From: Caulobacteraceae bacterium
Lineage (GTDB): Bacteria; Pseudomonadota; Alphaproteobacteria; Caulobacterales; Caulobacteraceae
Direction of reading: 5' to 3'
NCBI GenBank assembly: GCA_965283765.1
Contig: CBDIPU010000024.1
Coordinates: 4,701-68,700, forward strand
DNA: 64,000 nucleotides
Part shown: in pieces, positions 38,678 to 47,840 of the stretch
Layout of the letters: each line of letters begins with the position of its first letter
Position numbering within the stretch: the first letter of the stretch is position 1
Program-made: the position numbers and the translations under genes
Notes under the pieces: model-generated
What the model was told of the DNA's origin: nothing
Databases searched by the model: none
The model's input: the letters and a program-made list of their open reading frames with translations, nothing else

Positions 38678-40837
38678 ATGCGCAATCTGTCCATCAGCGT
38701 CCTGGCCCTGGCGGCCGTGTTCGCGGCCGCGCCCGCTCACGCCGATGATCTCTCCCGCCTGAAGACCCGGGCCGCCAAGGTCCAGATCATCCGGGACGAT
38801 TGGGGCATCGCCCACATCCACGGTAGGACCGACGCCGACGCGGTGTTCGGCATGGCCTACGCCCAGGCCGAGGACGACTTCAACCGCGTCGAGACCAACT
38901 TCATCACCGCCCTGGGCCGCACCGCCGAAGCCGAGGGCGAGAAGGCGATCTGGGCCGATCTGCGCCAGAAGCTATTCATCGATCCCGTCGTGCTGAAGGC
39001 CGACTACGCCAAAAGCCCGGCCTGGCTGAAGGCGCTGATGAACGCCTGGGCCGACGGACTGAACTACTATCTGGCGACCCATCCGGACGTGAAGCCGAAG
39101 GTCATCACCCATTTCGAGCCGTGGATGGCGCTCAGCTTCTCGGAAGGCAGCATCGGCGGCGACATCGAGCGCGTCGCCCTAACCCAGCTGGAAGCCTTCT
39201 ACGGCCAGCGCCAACTGGCCATGACGGCCGACGAGAAGGGCCTGCTGTTCAAGGAGCCCAAGGGCTCGAACGGTATCGCCATCGCCCCGTCCAACACCCT
39301 GGGCGGCCACGCCCTGCTGCTGATCAACCCGCACACCAGCTTCTTCTTCCGCTCGGAGATGCAGGTGGCCAGCGACGAAGGCCTCAACGCCTATGGCGCC
39401 ACCACCTGGGGTCAGTTCTTCATCTACCAGGGCTTCAACGCCAAGGCCGGCTGGATGCACACCTCCAGTGGCGTCGACGTCGTGGACGAGTTCGCCGAGA
39501 CCATCGTCGAGAAGGATGGCCAGCGCTTCTACAAGTACGGCTCTGAACTGCGCCCGTTGAAGAGCGAGGTGATCACCGTCCCCTACCGCGCCGCCGACGG
39601 GACGTTGGCCACGAGACGCTTCACCGTCTTCAAGACCCACCACGGCCCGATCGTCCGCGAAGAGGCCGGCAAGTGGATCAGCATCGCCCTGATGAACAAG
39701 CCGATCGCGGCGCTGGAGCAGTCGTTCCTGCGCACCAAGGCGACCGACTACGCCAGCTTCATGAAGGTGGCCGAGCTGAAGGCCAACTCGTCGAACAATA
39801 CCCTGTTCGCCGACAGCAAGGGCCAGATCGCCTACCTGCACCCGCAGTTCATCCCGGTGCGCGACGACCGCTTCGACTACACCAAGCCGGTGGATGGCTC
39901 GGACCCGGCCACCGACTGGAAGGGCCTGACGCCGCTGGACAAGGCCCCGCATGTGCTGAACCCGAAGAACGGCTGGGTCTTCAACAGCAACAACTGGCCC
40001 TACGGCGCCGCGGGCCCCTACAGCCCGAAGAAGGCTGATTTCCCGAAGTACATGGACCAGGCCGGCGAGAATCCGCGCGGACTGCATGCGCCGCTGGTGC
40101 TGAAGGACCGCAAGGACTTCACCCTCGGCGGACTGATCACCGCCGCCTACGACCCGTACCTGACCGCCTTCGCACGGCTGGTCCCGACGCTGGTCGCGGC
40201 CTACGACGCCGCGCCCGATCCCAAGGTCGCCGAACAGGTCGCGGCCCTGAAGGCCTGGGACCGCAAGTGGTCGGCCCGCTCGACCCAGACCTCGCTGGCC
40301 GTGTTCTGGGGCGAGGCGATGTGGGCCAAGGCCGCGCCGGCCGCCAAGGCCGCGGGCATGAACGTCTATGACTACATGGCCGACAAGCTCTCGCCCGCTG
40401 ACAAGCTGGCCGCCCTGGCCGAGGCTTCGGACCGCCTGACCGCCGACTTCGGCTCGTGGAAGACGCCGTGGGGCGAGATCAACCGCTTCCAGCGCAACGA
40501 CGGCGCGATCATCCAGACCTTCGATGACGCCAAGCCCAGCATCCCGGTGGCCTTCACCTCGGCTCAGTGGGGTTCTCTGGCCTCGTTCGGGGCCAAGCGC
40601 TGGCCGGGGACCAAGAAGTACTACGGCACGCTGGGCAACAGCTTCGTGGCGGTCGTCGAGTTCGGCGACAAGGTCCGCGCTCGCGCCGTCTCGGCCGGCG
40701 GTGAGAGCGGCGACCCCGCCTCCCCGCACTTCAACGACCAGGCCCTGCGCTACAGCCTGGGCAACCTGCGCGACGTCTATTTCTATCCGGAGGACGTGAA
40801 GGCCCACGCGGTGAAGACGTACAAGCCGGGGGAGTAG
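38678..40837 (+). CDS. Penicillin/AHL acylase family Ntn hydrolase
   Basis: IIRDDWGIAHI, YAQAED, G|SNG nucleophile, INPH. Confidence 0.9.
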   Translation: MRNLSISVLALAAVFAAAPAHADDLSRLKTRAAKVQIIRDDWGIAHIHGRTDADAVFGMAYAQAEDDFNRVETNFITALGRTAEAEGEKAIWADLRQKLFIDPVVLKADYAKSPAWLKALMNAWADGLNYYLATHPDVKPKVITHFEPWMALSFSEGSIGGDIERVALTQLEAFYGQRQLAMTADEKGLLFKEPKGSNGIAIAPSNTLGGHALLLINPHTSFFFRSEMQVASDEGLNAYGATTWGQFFIYQGFNAKAGWMHTSSGVDVVDEFAETIVEKDGQRFYKYGSELRPLKSEVITVPYRAADGTLATRRFTVFKTHHGPIVREEAGKWISIALMNKPIAALEQSFLRTKATDYASFMKVAELKANSSNNTLFADSKGQIAYLHPQFIPVRDDRFDYTKPVDGSDPATDWKGLTPLDKAPHVLNPKNGWVFNSNNWPYGAAGPYSPKKADFPKYMDQAGENPRGLHAPLVLKDRKDFTLGGLITAAYDPYLTAFARLVPTLVAAYDAAPDPKVAEQVAALKAWDRKWSARSTQTSLAVFWGEAMWAKAAPAAKAAGMNVYDYMADKLSPADKLAALAEASDRLTADFGSWKTPWGEINRFQRNDGAIIQTFDDAKPSIPVAFTSAQWGSLASFGAKRWPGTKKYYGTLGNSFVAVVEFGDKVRARAVSAGGESGDPASPHFNDQALRYSLGNLRDVYFYPEDVKAHAVKTYKPGE

Positions 40838-41572
40838 CTAAATATCCCCGCCGACGTTCGGCGCGACACCCGGGGCGCGGGCGACGTGGATGCCGCACTC
40901 GGTCTTTTCCTGGCCAGCCCAGCGGCCCGAGCGACCGTCTTCCGACGGCTGGGTGCAGGGCCAGCAGCCGATCGAGGCATAGCCCTGGGCGACCAGCGGG
41001 TGAGACGGCAGGTCGTGCTCGGCGACATAGGCCTCGAGTTCGGCCTTGCCCCAGTTGGCCAGGGGATTGAACTTCAGCTTGCCGTCGGCCGCCTCGACCA
41101 CCGGCAGGCTCAGACGGTCGCCGCCGTGGAAGCGTTTACGGCCGGTGATCCAGGCGTCGAAGCCGCCCAGGGCGCGGTCCAACGGCAGCACCTTGCGGAT
41201 GTTGCAGCAGCCGTCGATATCGGTGCGCCACAGGTCCGACTTCGGGTCCTGGGTGGCGATGTCCGCGAACGCCGGGCGCAGGTCGCGCACGTCGGTCAGG
41301 GCGAAGCGCGACGCCAGGTTCTTGCGGTAGTCCAGCGTCTGGCCGAACAGCATGCCGGTGTCGAGGAACAGCACCGGAATGGCCGGCGACACCTGCGAGA
41401 CCAGGTGCAGCAGCACGGCCAACTCCGCGCCGAACGACGAGACCAGGGCCAGGCGGCTTCCGAAGTGCTGATAGGCGGTGCGCAGGATCGTCAGCGGATG
41501 GGCGTCGCGCAGCTCGGCGTCCAGCCGGGCGGCGAGACCCGCGGCGCTCCCCCCGATCTGGTCGTAGGCCAT
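40838..41572 (-). CDS. cysH: (P)APS reductase
   Basis: SSFG, CC, SIGCWPCT, ECGIH. Confidence 0.93.
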   Translation of the reverse strand: MAYDQIGGSAAGLAARLDAELRDAHPLTILRTAYQHFGSRLALVSSFGAELAVLLHLVSQVSPAIPVLFLDTGMLFGQTLDYRKNLASRFALTDVRDLRPAFADIATQDPKSDLWRTDIDGCCNIRKVLPLDRALGGFDAWITGRKRFHGGDRLSLPVVEAADGKLKFNPLANWGKAELEAYVAEHDLPSHPLVAQGYASIGCWPCTQPSEDGRSGRWAGQEKTECGIHVARAPGVAPNVGGDI

Positions 41573-42078
41573 CAGGAGGCCCTTTCCTCGAACGCGACCG
41601 GCTTGTCGTCGATGGCCCGCTGATAGACGTGGCGGAAGCGGCTGGCGGCCTTGGTCCAGGCTTCAGGCGTGGCGCCGTCGTTCGGTTCGAAGGCGTCGAA
41701 GCCGCAGCGGACCATGAAGCCGGCCTGCTCCTGCAGCACATCCCCGACGGCGCGGATCTGGCCCTCGTACTTGAAGCGCTCGCGCAGCAGGCGGGCCGAG
41801 GTATAGGCGCGGCCGTCGCGGAATTTCGGGAAAGCCAGGGCCACCACCGCGATGCGCGGCAGATCGTAGGCCAGCACCTCGATCTCCTGGTCCAACTCGA
41901 CTCGCACGCCCACACGGCGGCTGTTCGAGGACAGCAGGCCGTCGCCCTCGGCCTCGAAGCGGGTCAGGGACAGGATCACGTCGCCCGTTTCCGGGATGGC
42001 GTCCTCGTCGGTGACGTTGACGAAGGCGTCGTCGGCCCAGCGGGCCTGGCCGTCGGCCAGCTCAATCAGCCTGGGCAT
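41572..42078 (-). CDS. DUF934 protein
   Basis: FPKFRDGRAYTSARLLR..RAVGDVL..RCGFDAF; lies between cysI and cysH. Confidence 0.88.
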   Translation of the reverse strand: MPRLIELADGQARWADDAFVNVTDEDAIPETGDVILSLTRFEAEGDGLLSSNSRRVGVRVELDQEIEVLAYDLPRIAVVALAFPKFRDGRAYTSARLLRERFKYEGQIRAVGDVLQEQAGFMVRCGFDAFEPNDGATPEAWTKAASRFRHVYQRAIDDKPVAFEERAS

Positions 42079-43720
42079 AGACCGCCTCCTTGAAGGGCTC
42101 GAGGCCGACGCGGCGATAGGTGTCGAGGAAGCGCTCGCCGTCGGCGCGGACGTTCAGATAGGCCCCAACCAACTGGTCGACGGCGGTGGCGACCCGGTCG
42201 GCCGGCAGCGCCGGACCGAGGATCTTGCCGATCGCGGCGTCTTCCGCGCCCGAGCCGCCCAGCGACAGCTGGTAGAATTCCTCGCCCTTCTTGTCGACGC
42301 CCAGGATGCCGATGTGGGCCACATGGTGGTGACCGCAGGCGTTGATGCAGCCGCTGATCTTGATCTTCAGCTCGCCGATGGTCTCGGCGCGATCGGGATC
42401 GGCGAACTGGCGGGCGATGTCCTGAGCGATCGGGATGGCGCGCGCATTGGCCAGGGCGCAGTAGTCCAGCCCCGGGCAGGCGATGATGTCGCTGATCAGG
42501 TCGATATTGGCGGTGGCCAGGCCGGCGGCTTGCAGGGTCGCGAACACGGTCGGCAGGTCGTCCAGCTTGATGTGCGGCAAGACGAGGTTCTGCACGTGGG
42601 TCACGCGCAGGTCGTTGAAGCCGTAGCGCTCGGCCAGGTCGGCGACGACTTCCAGCTGGTGGGCCGAGGCGTCGCCGGGCGTCTGATCGGCGGCCTTCAG
42701 TGAGACCTCGACGATTGCGTAGCCCGGCTGCTTGTGCGCCTTGACGTTGTTGCGCACGAAGCGGGCGAAGGCGCTGTCCTTGGTCTTGGCGAGTTCAAAG
42801 GCTTCCGAACGGGCCGGCAGGGTCTCGAACGGCGTCGCGGCGAAGGCGGCGCGGATGCGCTCGTACTCGGCGGCCGGCAGGTCGGCGCGCGCGGCGTCGA
42901 TCTTGGCCCACTCTTGTTCGACCTGGCGACCGAACTCTTCGGCGCCGAGGGCCGCGACCAGGATCTTGATGCGGGCCTTGTAGATATTGTCCCGACGGCC
43001 GTGGCGGTTGTAGACGCGCAGCACGGCTTCCAGATAGCTCAGCAGACGGTCGGTCGGCAGGAACTGCTTGATGGTCGGGCCGACATAGGGCGTGCGCCCC
43101 TGACCGCCGCCGACGATCACCTCGAAGCCGAGCTGGCCGTCGCGGCCCTGGCGCATCAGCAGGCCGATGTCATGCACCTTGGCCGCCGTGCGGTCCTTGG
43201 CCGAGGCGGTGATGGCGATCTTGAACTTGCGCGGCAGGTACGAGAATTCCGGATGCAGGGTCGACCACTGGCGGATGACCTCGGCCCACACGCGGGGATC
43301 GTCGACCTCCTCGGCCGTGGCGCCGGCATAGGGGTCGGACGTGGTGTTGCGGATGCAGTTGCCGCTGGTCTGGATCGCGTGCAGGTCGACCTCGGCCAGC
43401 TTGTCGAGGATCTCCGGCGCGTCCTTGAGCTTGATCCAGTTGAACTGGATGTTCTGGCGCGTGGTGAAGTGGCCGTAGCCCTTGTCGTAGTCGCGGGCGA
43501 TCTCGGCGAGACGCCGAGCCTGGGCCGCGTTCAGCGAGCCGTACGGGATGGCGACCCGCAGCATGTAGGCGTGGAGCTGCAGATAGAGGCCGTTCATCAG
43601 CCGCAGCGGCTTGAACTGGTCCTCGGTCAGCTCGCCGGCCAGGCGGCGGGCGACCTGGCCCCGGAACTCGGCCGAGCGGTCAGCCAGGAATTCCTTGTCG
43701 ATGAGGTCGTACTGATACAT
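42062..43720 (-). CDS. cysI: Sulfite reductase hemoprotein subunit
   Basis: TTRQNIQ, LPRKFK, CPG..YC, SGCINACG. Confidence 0.93.
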   Translation of the reverse strand: MYQYDLIDKEFLADRSAEFRGQVARRLAGELTEDQFKPLRLMNGLYLQLHAYMLRVAIPYGSLNAAQARRLAEIARDYDKGYGHFTTRQNIQFNWIKLKDAPEILDKLAEVDLHAIQTSGNCIRNTTSDPYAGATAEEVDDPRVWAEVIRQWSTLHPEFSYLPRKFKIAITASAKDRTAAKVHDIGLLMRQGRDGQLGFEVIVGGGQGRTPYVGPTIKQFLPTDRLLSYLEAVLRVYNRHGRRDNIYKARIKILVAALGAEEFGRQVEQEWAKIDAARADLPAAEYERIRAAFAATPFETLPARSEAFELAKTKDSAFARFVRNNVKAHKQPGYAIVEVSLKAADQTPGDASAHQLEVVADLAERYGFNDLRVTHVQNLVLPHIKLDDLPTVFATLQAAGLATANIDLISDIIACPGLDYCALANARAIPIAQDIARQFADPDRAETIGELKIKISGCINACGHHHVAHIGILGVDKKGEEFYQLSLGGSGAEDAAIGKILGPALPADRVATAVDQLVGAYLNVRADGERFLDTYRRVGLEPFKEAVYAQAD

Positions 43721-43723
43721 GCC

Positions 43724-44089
43724 CTACTTCCTGCGGATCAGGTCGACACGGCCGGTCGAGCGCGCCGCGCCCGAGGCGTGGCGCAGGGCCTCGATGACGT
43801 CGCCGCCCTCGGCCTGCTTGCCGTGCGTGGGTTCGTTGGTGGGACCAAGGGCCCGGATGCGTTCGCGGTAGCTGACGGGCGCCCAGTGACCTTCCGACGG
43901 CGTCAGGTCGATCGGATAGACGTCCACGACCACGGTCGGCTGGCCCTTGCCCGTGGCGACGGCGGCCTCCAGGTCGGCCTCGGCGGTCTCGTCGAACAGC
44001 TGGGCGTCCCCGAAGCGCTCGACCCACTGGCCGGCTTTCCAGAACACGACATCCCCGTCCAGCAGGCGGTTGGCGGTGATCGCTTTCAT
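43724..44089 (-). CDS. DUF2849 protein
   Basis: ITANRLLDGDVVF...RERIRALGPT. Confidence 0.85.
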   Translation of the reverse strand: MKAITANRLLDGDVVFWKAGQWVERFGDAQLFDETAEADLEAAVATGKGQPTVVVDVYPIDLTPSEGHWAPVSYRERIRALGPTNEPTHGKQAEGGDVIEALRHASGAARSTGRVDLIRRK

Positions 44090-44988
44090 TCCTTCACCCG
44101 ATTTTCCCGGCGAAGGCCGGGACCCAGATTCATCCGGAGCGGTTGTTGTGCTTCACCTGGGCCCCGGCCTTCGCCGGGGAGCTCGGTGGATGTGTCGGCC
44201 ATGGCCATCGACTCGCCGACCATCAGCAGCGCCGGGCCCGTCACGCCCTGGGCCGCTTCGGCCAGCCCCGACAGGGTGGTGAGCACGCGGCGCTCGTCGG
44301 CGCGGCTGGCGTTCTCGACGATCAGGGCCGGGGTTGAACCCGCGCGACCGGCGGCGGTCAGGCGCTCGGCGATCAGGCCGGCGGTCGAAACGCCCATATA
44401 GACGACGACGGTCTGGTTCGGCCGGGCCAGAGAGGCCCAGTCGAGATCAGGCTCGCCGTGAGCGGCATGGCCGGTGACGAAGGTGACGGCCTGGGCCATG
44501 CCCCGATGGGTCAGGGGCGCGCCAGCGCCGGCGCTGGCGGCCAGGGCGGCGGTGACGCCGGGCACGATATGGCAATCGACGCCCGCCTCGCGACAGGCCA
44601 GGAGCTCCTCGCCGCCGCGGCCGAACAGGAACGGGTCGCCGCCTTTCAGGCGCACCACGTTCAGGCCGTCCAGGGCCAGGGCCACGATCAGCTGGTTGAT
44701 GTCGTCCTGCGGCAGGGTGTGGCGCGACTTGCGCTTGGCGACATTGATCCGGCGGGCCCGGCGCGGCGCCAAGTCCAGAATCTCATCGGAGACCAGACCG
44801 TCATGCACGACCACGTCGGCGGCGCGCAGGGCGTTGAAGGCGCGGAAGGTCAGGAGGTCCGGATCACCGGGACCGGCGCCGACCAGCCACACCGCGCCGA
44901 GCGCGCGGTGGGCCCGCGTCCCGCCGACGACCACCAGGCCGTGTTTGGCGAGACCGGCTTTAGCGTTTCGGGCCGGCTGGCGGGCCAT
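44086..44988 (-). CDS. cobA: Uroporphyrinogen-III C-methyltransferase (SUMT domain of CysG/CobA) with repeat-derived C-tail
   Basis: LVGAGPGDPDLLT, RLKGGDPFLFGRGGEE, PLTHR. Confidence 0.9.
   Translation of the reverse strand: MARQPARNAKAGLAKHGLVVVGGTRAHRALGAVWLVGAGPGDPDLLTFRAFNALRAADVVVHDGLVSDEILDLAPRRARRINVAKRKSRHTLPQDDINQLIVALALDGLNVVRLKGGDPFLFGRGGEELLACREAGVDCHIVPGVTAALAASAGAGAPLTHRGMAQAVTFVTGHAAHGEPDLDWASLARPNQTVVVYMGVSTAGLIAERLTAAGRAGSTPALIVENASRADERRVLTTLSGLAEAAQGVTGPALLMVGESMAMADTSTELPGEGRGPGEAQQPLRMNLGPGLRRENRVKE
44098..44186. repeat. CIR-like palindromic repeat, copy 3 (inside the cobA/cysG CDS)
   Basis: CCCGGCGAAGGCCGGGACCCAGATTC ... CTGGGCCCCGGCCTTCGCCGGGGA. Confidence 0.88.
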
Positions 44989-45173
44989 GGAGTTTAGAAC
45001 CTCTATCAAGCCGCTTGGAATAAAACGCTCAAACGCAATACGGGGCGGACCTCTCGGACCACCCCGCTTTGCCCGCCGACGAAAAGGGCCAATCCGCCAG
45101 CGAACGCTTGCAAACTCGTCGTGAAGGGCTCAATTCGCAAACAAGGACTTCTGCCGGGGCGTTCAGTAAAACT

Positions 45174-46130
45174 ATGGAAAGACCCAACGAGCGCCGCCGC
45201 CTGCCGCCGCTGAACGCGTTGCGCGCCTTCGAGGCCGCCGCCCGTCACCTGAACTTCAGCCGCGCCGCCGACGAGCTGTCGGTGACCCCCGGCGCCGTCA
45301 GCCAGCAGATCCAGAATCTCGAGGACTATGTCGGCGCGGCCCTGTTCAAGCGTACGCCCAAGGGCCTGCTGCTGACCGACGCGGCCCAGACCGCCCTGCC
45401 CGCCCTGCGCGAGGCCTTCGACCGCCTGGCCGAGGCCGCGTCCCTGCTGACCGCCGCCGTCGACGGCCGCCGCCTGACCCTGACCGCCGCCCCCTCCTTC
45501 GCCGCCAAGTGGCTGGTGCCGCGGCTGGGCAAGTTCGAGCAGGCCCATCCGCAGGTCGACGTCTGGCTGTCGGCCGGCATGGAGGTCGTCGACTTCGCCA
45601 CCGGCGAGGTCGACATGGCCATCCGCTATGGCTCGGGCCGCTATCCGGGGCTGGAAGTCATCCGCCTGATGCACGAGACCGTGGTGCCGGTCGCCAGCCC
45701 CGAACTGCTGGAGACCAACGCCCTGGAACGTCCCGAGGATCTGGCCCACCACATCCTGCTGCACGACGGATCGCCCGACGCCGACGACAGCTGCCCCGAC
45801 TGGGCGATGTGGCTGGCGGCGCGCGGCATCAAGGGTGTCGACGGGGCGCGGGGACCGCGCTTCAACCAGTCCAGCATGGTCATCGAAGCGGCCGCCAACG
45901 GACGCGGCGTGGCGCTGGCCAAGCGCACCCTGGCCCAGGCCGACCTCGATTCGGGTCGCCTGGTCATCCCGTTCGAGGCCTCCACGGCGGTCGACTTCGC
46001 CTATTACGTCGTCCATCCCAAGGCCAAGGGCCGCCTGCCGCAGGTGAAGGCCTTCGTGACCTGGCTGAAGACCGAGGCCGAGGCGCACGAGGCGGCGCTC
46101 CAGACCATGGACAATGGTTCAGGGATCTAG
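45174..46130 (+). CDS. gcvA: GcvA-like LysR regulator
   Basis: RLPPLNALRAFEAAARHLNFSRAADELSVTPGAVSQQI. Confidence 0.85.
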   Translation: MERPNERRRLPPLNALRAFEAAARHLNFSRAADELSVTPGAVSQQIQNLEDYVGAALFKRTPKGLLLTDAAQTALPALREAFDRLAEAASLLTAAVDGRRLTLTAAPSFAAKWLVPRLGKFEQAHPQVDVWLSAGMEVVDFATGEVDMAIRYGSGRYPGLEVIRLMHETVVPVASPELLETNALERPEDLAHHILLHDGSPDADDSCPDWAMWLAARGIKGVDGARGPRFNQSSMVIEAAANGRGVALAKRTLAQADLDSGRLVIPFEASTAVDFAYYVVHPKAKGRLPQVKAFVTWLKTEAEAHEAALQTMDNGSGI

Positions 46131-46194
46131 GGGCTCGGGGATTTAAGCCTCTACGGTACTGGTTTTGGCGGCTGGAACCGGCTTAAAGGGGGCC

Positions 46195-46524
46195 ATGAAA
46201 ATCACGACTCTCACAGTCGACGAGCACCTCGCTCCCGCCGACTGCCAGACCATGGCCGACGTGCGCCAGGGCGTGGACGCCCTGGACCGGGCCCTGGTCC
46301 AGCTCCTGACCGAGCGTCAGGGCTTCATGGACGCCGCGGCCCGCATCAAGGCCGACCGCTCCAAGGTGTTCGACCGCGCGCGGATCGAGGACGTGGTGAC
46401 CAAGGTCAAGGCCGCGGCCCGCGAATCCGGCCTGTCGGAAGCCATAGCCGAGCCTGTCTGGCGCACGCTGATCGACCGCTGCATCGCGTACGAATACGAC
46501 AGCTGGGACAAGACCAAAGGCTGA
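46195..46524 (+). CDS. Chorismate mutase type II family protein
   Basis: MADVRQGVDALDRALV..ER...AARIK...D.AR. Confidence 0.85.
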   Translation: MKITTLTVDEHLAPADCQTMADVRQGVDALDRALVQLLTERQGFMDAAARIKADRSKVFDRARIEDVVTKVKAAARESGLSEAIAEPVWRTLIDRCIAYEYDSWDKTKG

Positions 46525-46525
46525 C

Positions 46526-46555
46526 GGGAAGCGCCCCCTGGTGGGGGGCGCTCCC
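46526..46555. terminator. Hairpin between convergent genes
   Basis: GGGAAGCGCCCCC..GGGGGCGCTCCC. Confidence 0.55.
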
Positions 46556-46559
46556 ACCC

Positions 46560-47387
46560 TTAGTTCCCGTCGATCATCCGACCTAGGCCGCCCAGGATCG
46601 AGCCCTCGCCCTGGTTGCCGCCCTGCCCCTGCGCGGCCTGCATCATGCGACCGGCCAGACGCGCGAACGGCAGGGACTGGATCCAGACCTTTCCCGGCCC
46701 GCGCAAGCGGGCGAAGAACAGGCCTTCGCCTCCGAACAGCACGCTCTTCACGCCGCCGGCCATCACCAGGTCGAAGTCGACGCCCGGCGTGTAGGCCGCC
46801 AGACAGCCGGTATCGACGTGCAGTTCCTCGCCGGGACCAAGCTCGCGCTCGACCAGCGTGCCGCCCATCTGGACGAACACCCAGCCGTCGCCTTCCAGGC
46901 GCTGCATGATGAAGCCTTCGCCGCCGAACAGGCCCGTCATCACCCGCTTCTGGAAGTGGATGCCGATCGAAACGCCACGCGCGGCGGCCAGGAAACTGTC
47001 CTTCTGGCAGATCAGCGTCCCGCCCAGTTGGCCCAGGTTCAGCGGCAGGATGGTGCCCGGCGTCGGCGAGGCGAAGGCGACGCGGGCCTTGCCTGAGCCC
47101 TGATGGGTGAAGACGGTGGTGAACAGGCTTTCGCCGGTGACCAGGCGCTTACCCGCGCCCAGCAGCTTGCCCATGAAGCCGCCGCCCTGGTCGGCCGAGC
47201 CGTCGCCGAACACGGTGGTCATCTGGACGCTGGCGTCCTTCCAGACGAAAGCGCCGGCCTCGGCCACGGCGCTCTCGCCCGGATCCAGTTCGATCTCGAC
47301 GAACTGCAGGTCCTTGCCCTTGATCTCGAAGTCGATGTCGTCGGCGACGCTGGCGCTGCGGGTATGGCTCCAGGGGCTAGGGGGCAT
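46560..47387 (-). CDS. TIGR00266/AIM24 family protein
   Basis: Repeated GGEG(F/L)F units, CQKDSFL, VWIQSLP. Confidence 0.88.
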   Translation of the reverse strand: MPPSPWSHTRSASVADDIDFEIKGKDLQFVEIELDPGESAVAEAGAFVWKDASVQMTTVFGDGSADQGGGFMGKLLGAGKRLVTGESLFTTVFTHQGSGKARVAFASPTPGTILPLNLGQLGGTLICQKDSFLAAARGVSIGIHFQKRVMTGLFGGEGFIMQRLEGDGWVFVQMGGTLVERELGPGEELHVDTGCLAAYTPGVDFDLVMAGGVKSVLFGGEGLFFARLRGPGKVWIQSLPFARLAGRMMQAAQGQGGNQGEGSILGGLGRMIDGN

Positions 47388-47840
47388 GGGAGAACTCCTT
47401 ATCTTGGGGAACACCGTTCTAGCCAGCCGCCAGCCGCGGCGCCAATGAAGCATCCTTCATCCGCATGGCGCGGGCGCCGGATTGGCCGGACGGAGCGTTG
47501 CCTTTTGGCCGCACCTCGGCGTCGTCTGTCGCTGCCGGTTATGTCGGCGAAAAGCGCTGGCCTTACCATTAGCCCGACAATTGGCGACCAAACCCCATCA
47601 CACGGACATCCTGTAAACATCGCAAGCGATCGTGTTTTCTTCGAAAATTCAGCATGTGGGATCACACTGGCCGCAGTCGCGCCTTTGTCACGCAGGAGGT
47701 CCGCCCGCTCCCCAGGTTTGGCCTGACCAGGTGATCACCATCCTCGCTCAAGTGGCATTACCAATTATTGACAATGCGCCCAACTGGTCGGATAAGTCGG
47801 CTCAAGGGCGCCAGTTCAGTGCGCCGGGGGAGGCAATCTC

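Noticed and set aside
9643-44186. Repeat copies as a CRISPR array or IS ends
   Set aside because: Dispersed single inverted pairs, no tandem repeat-spacer array, no cas or transposase gene
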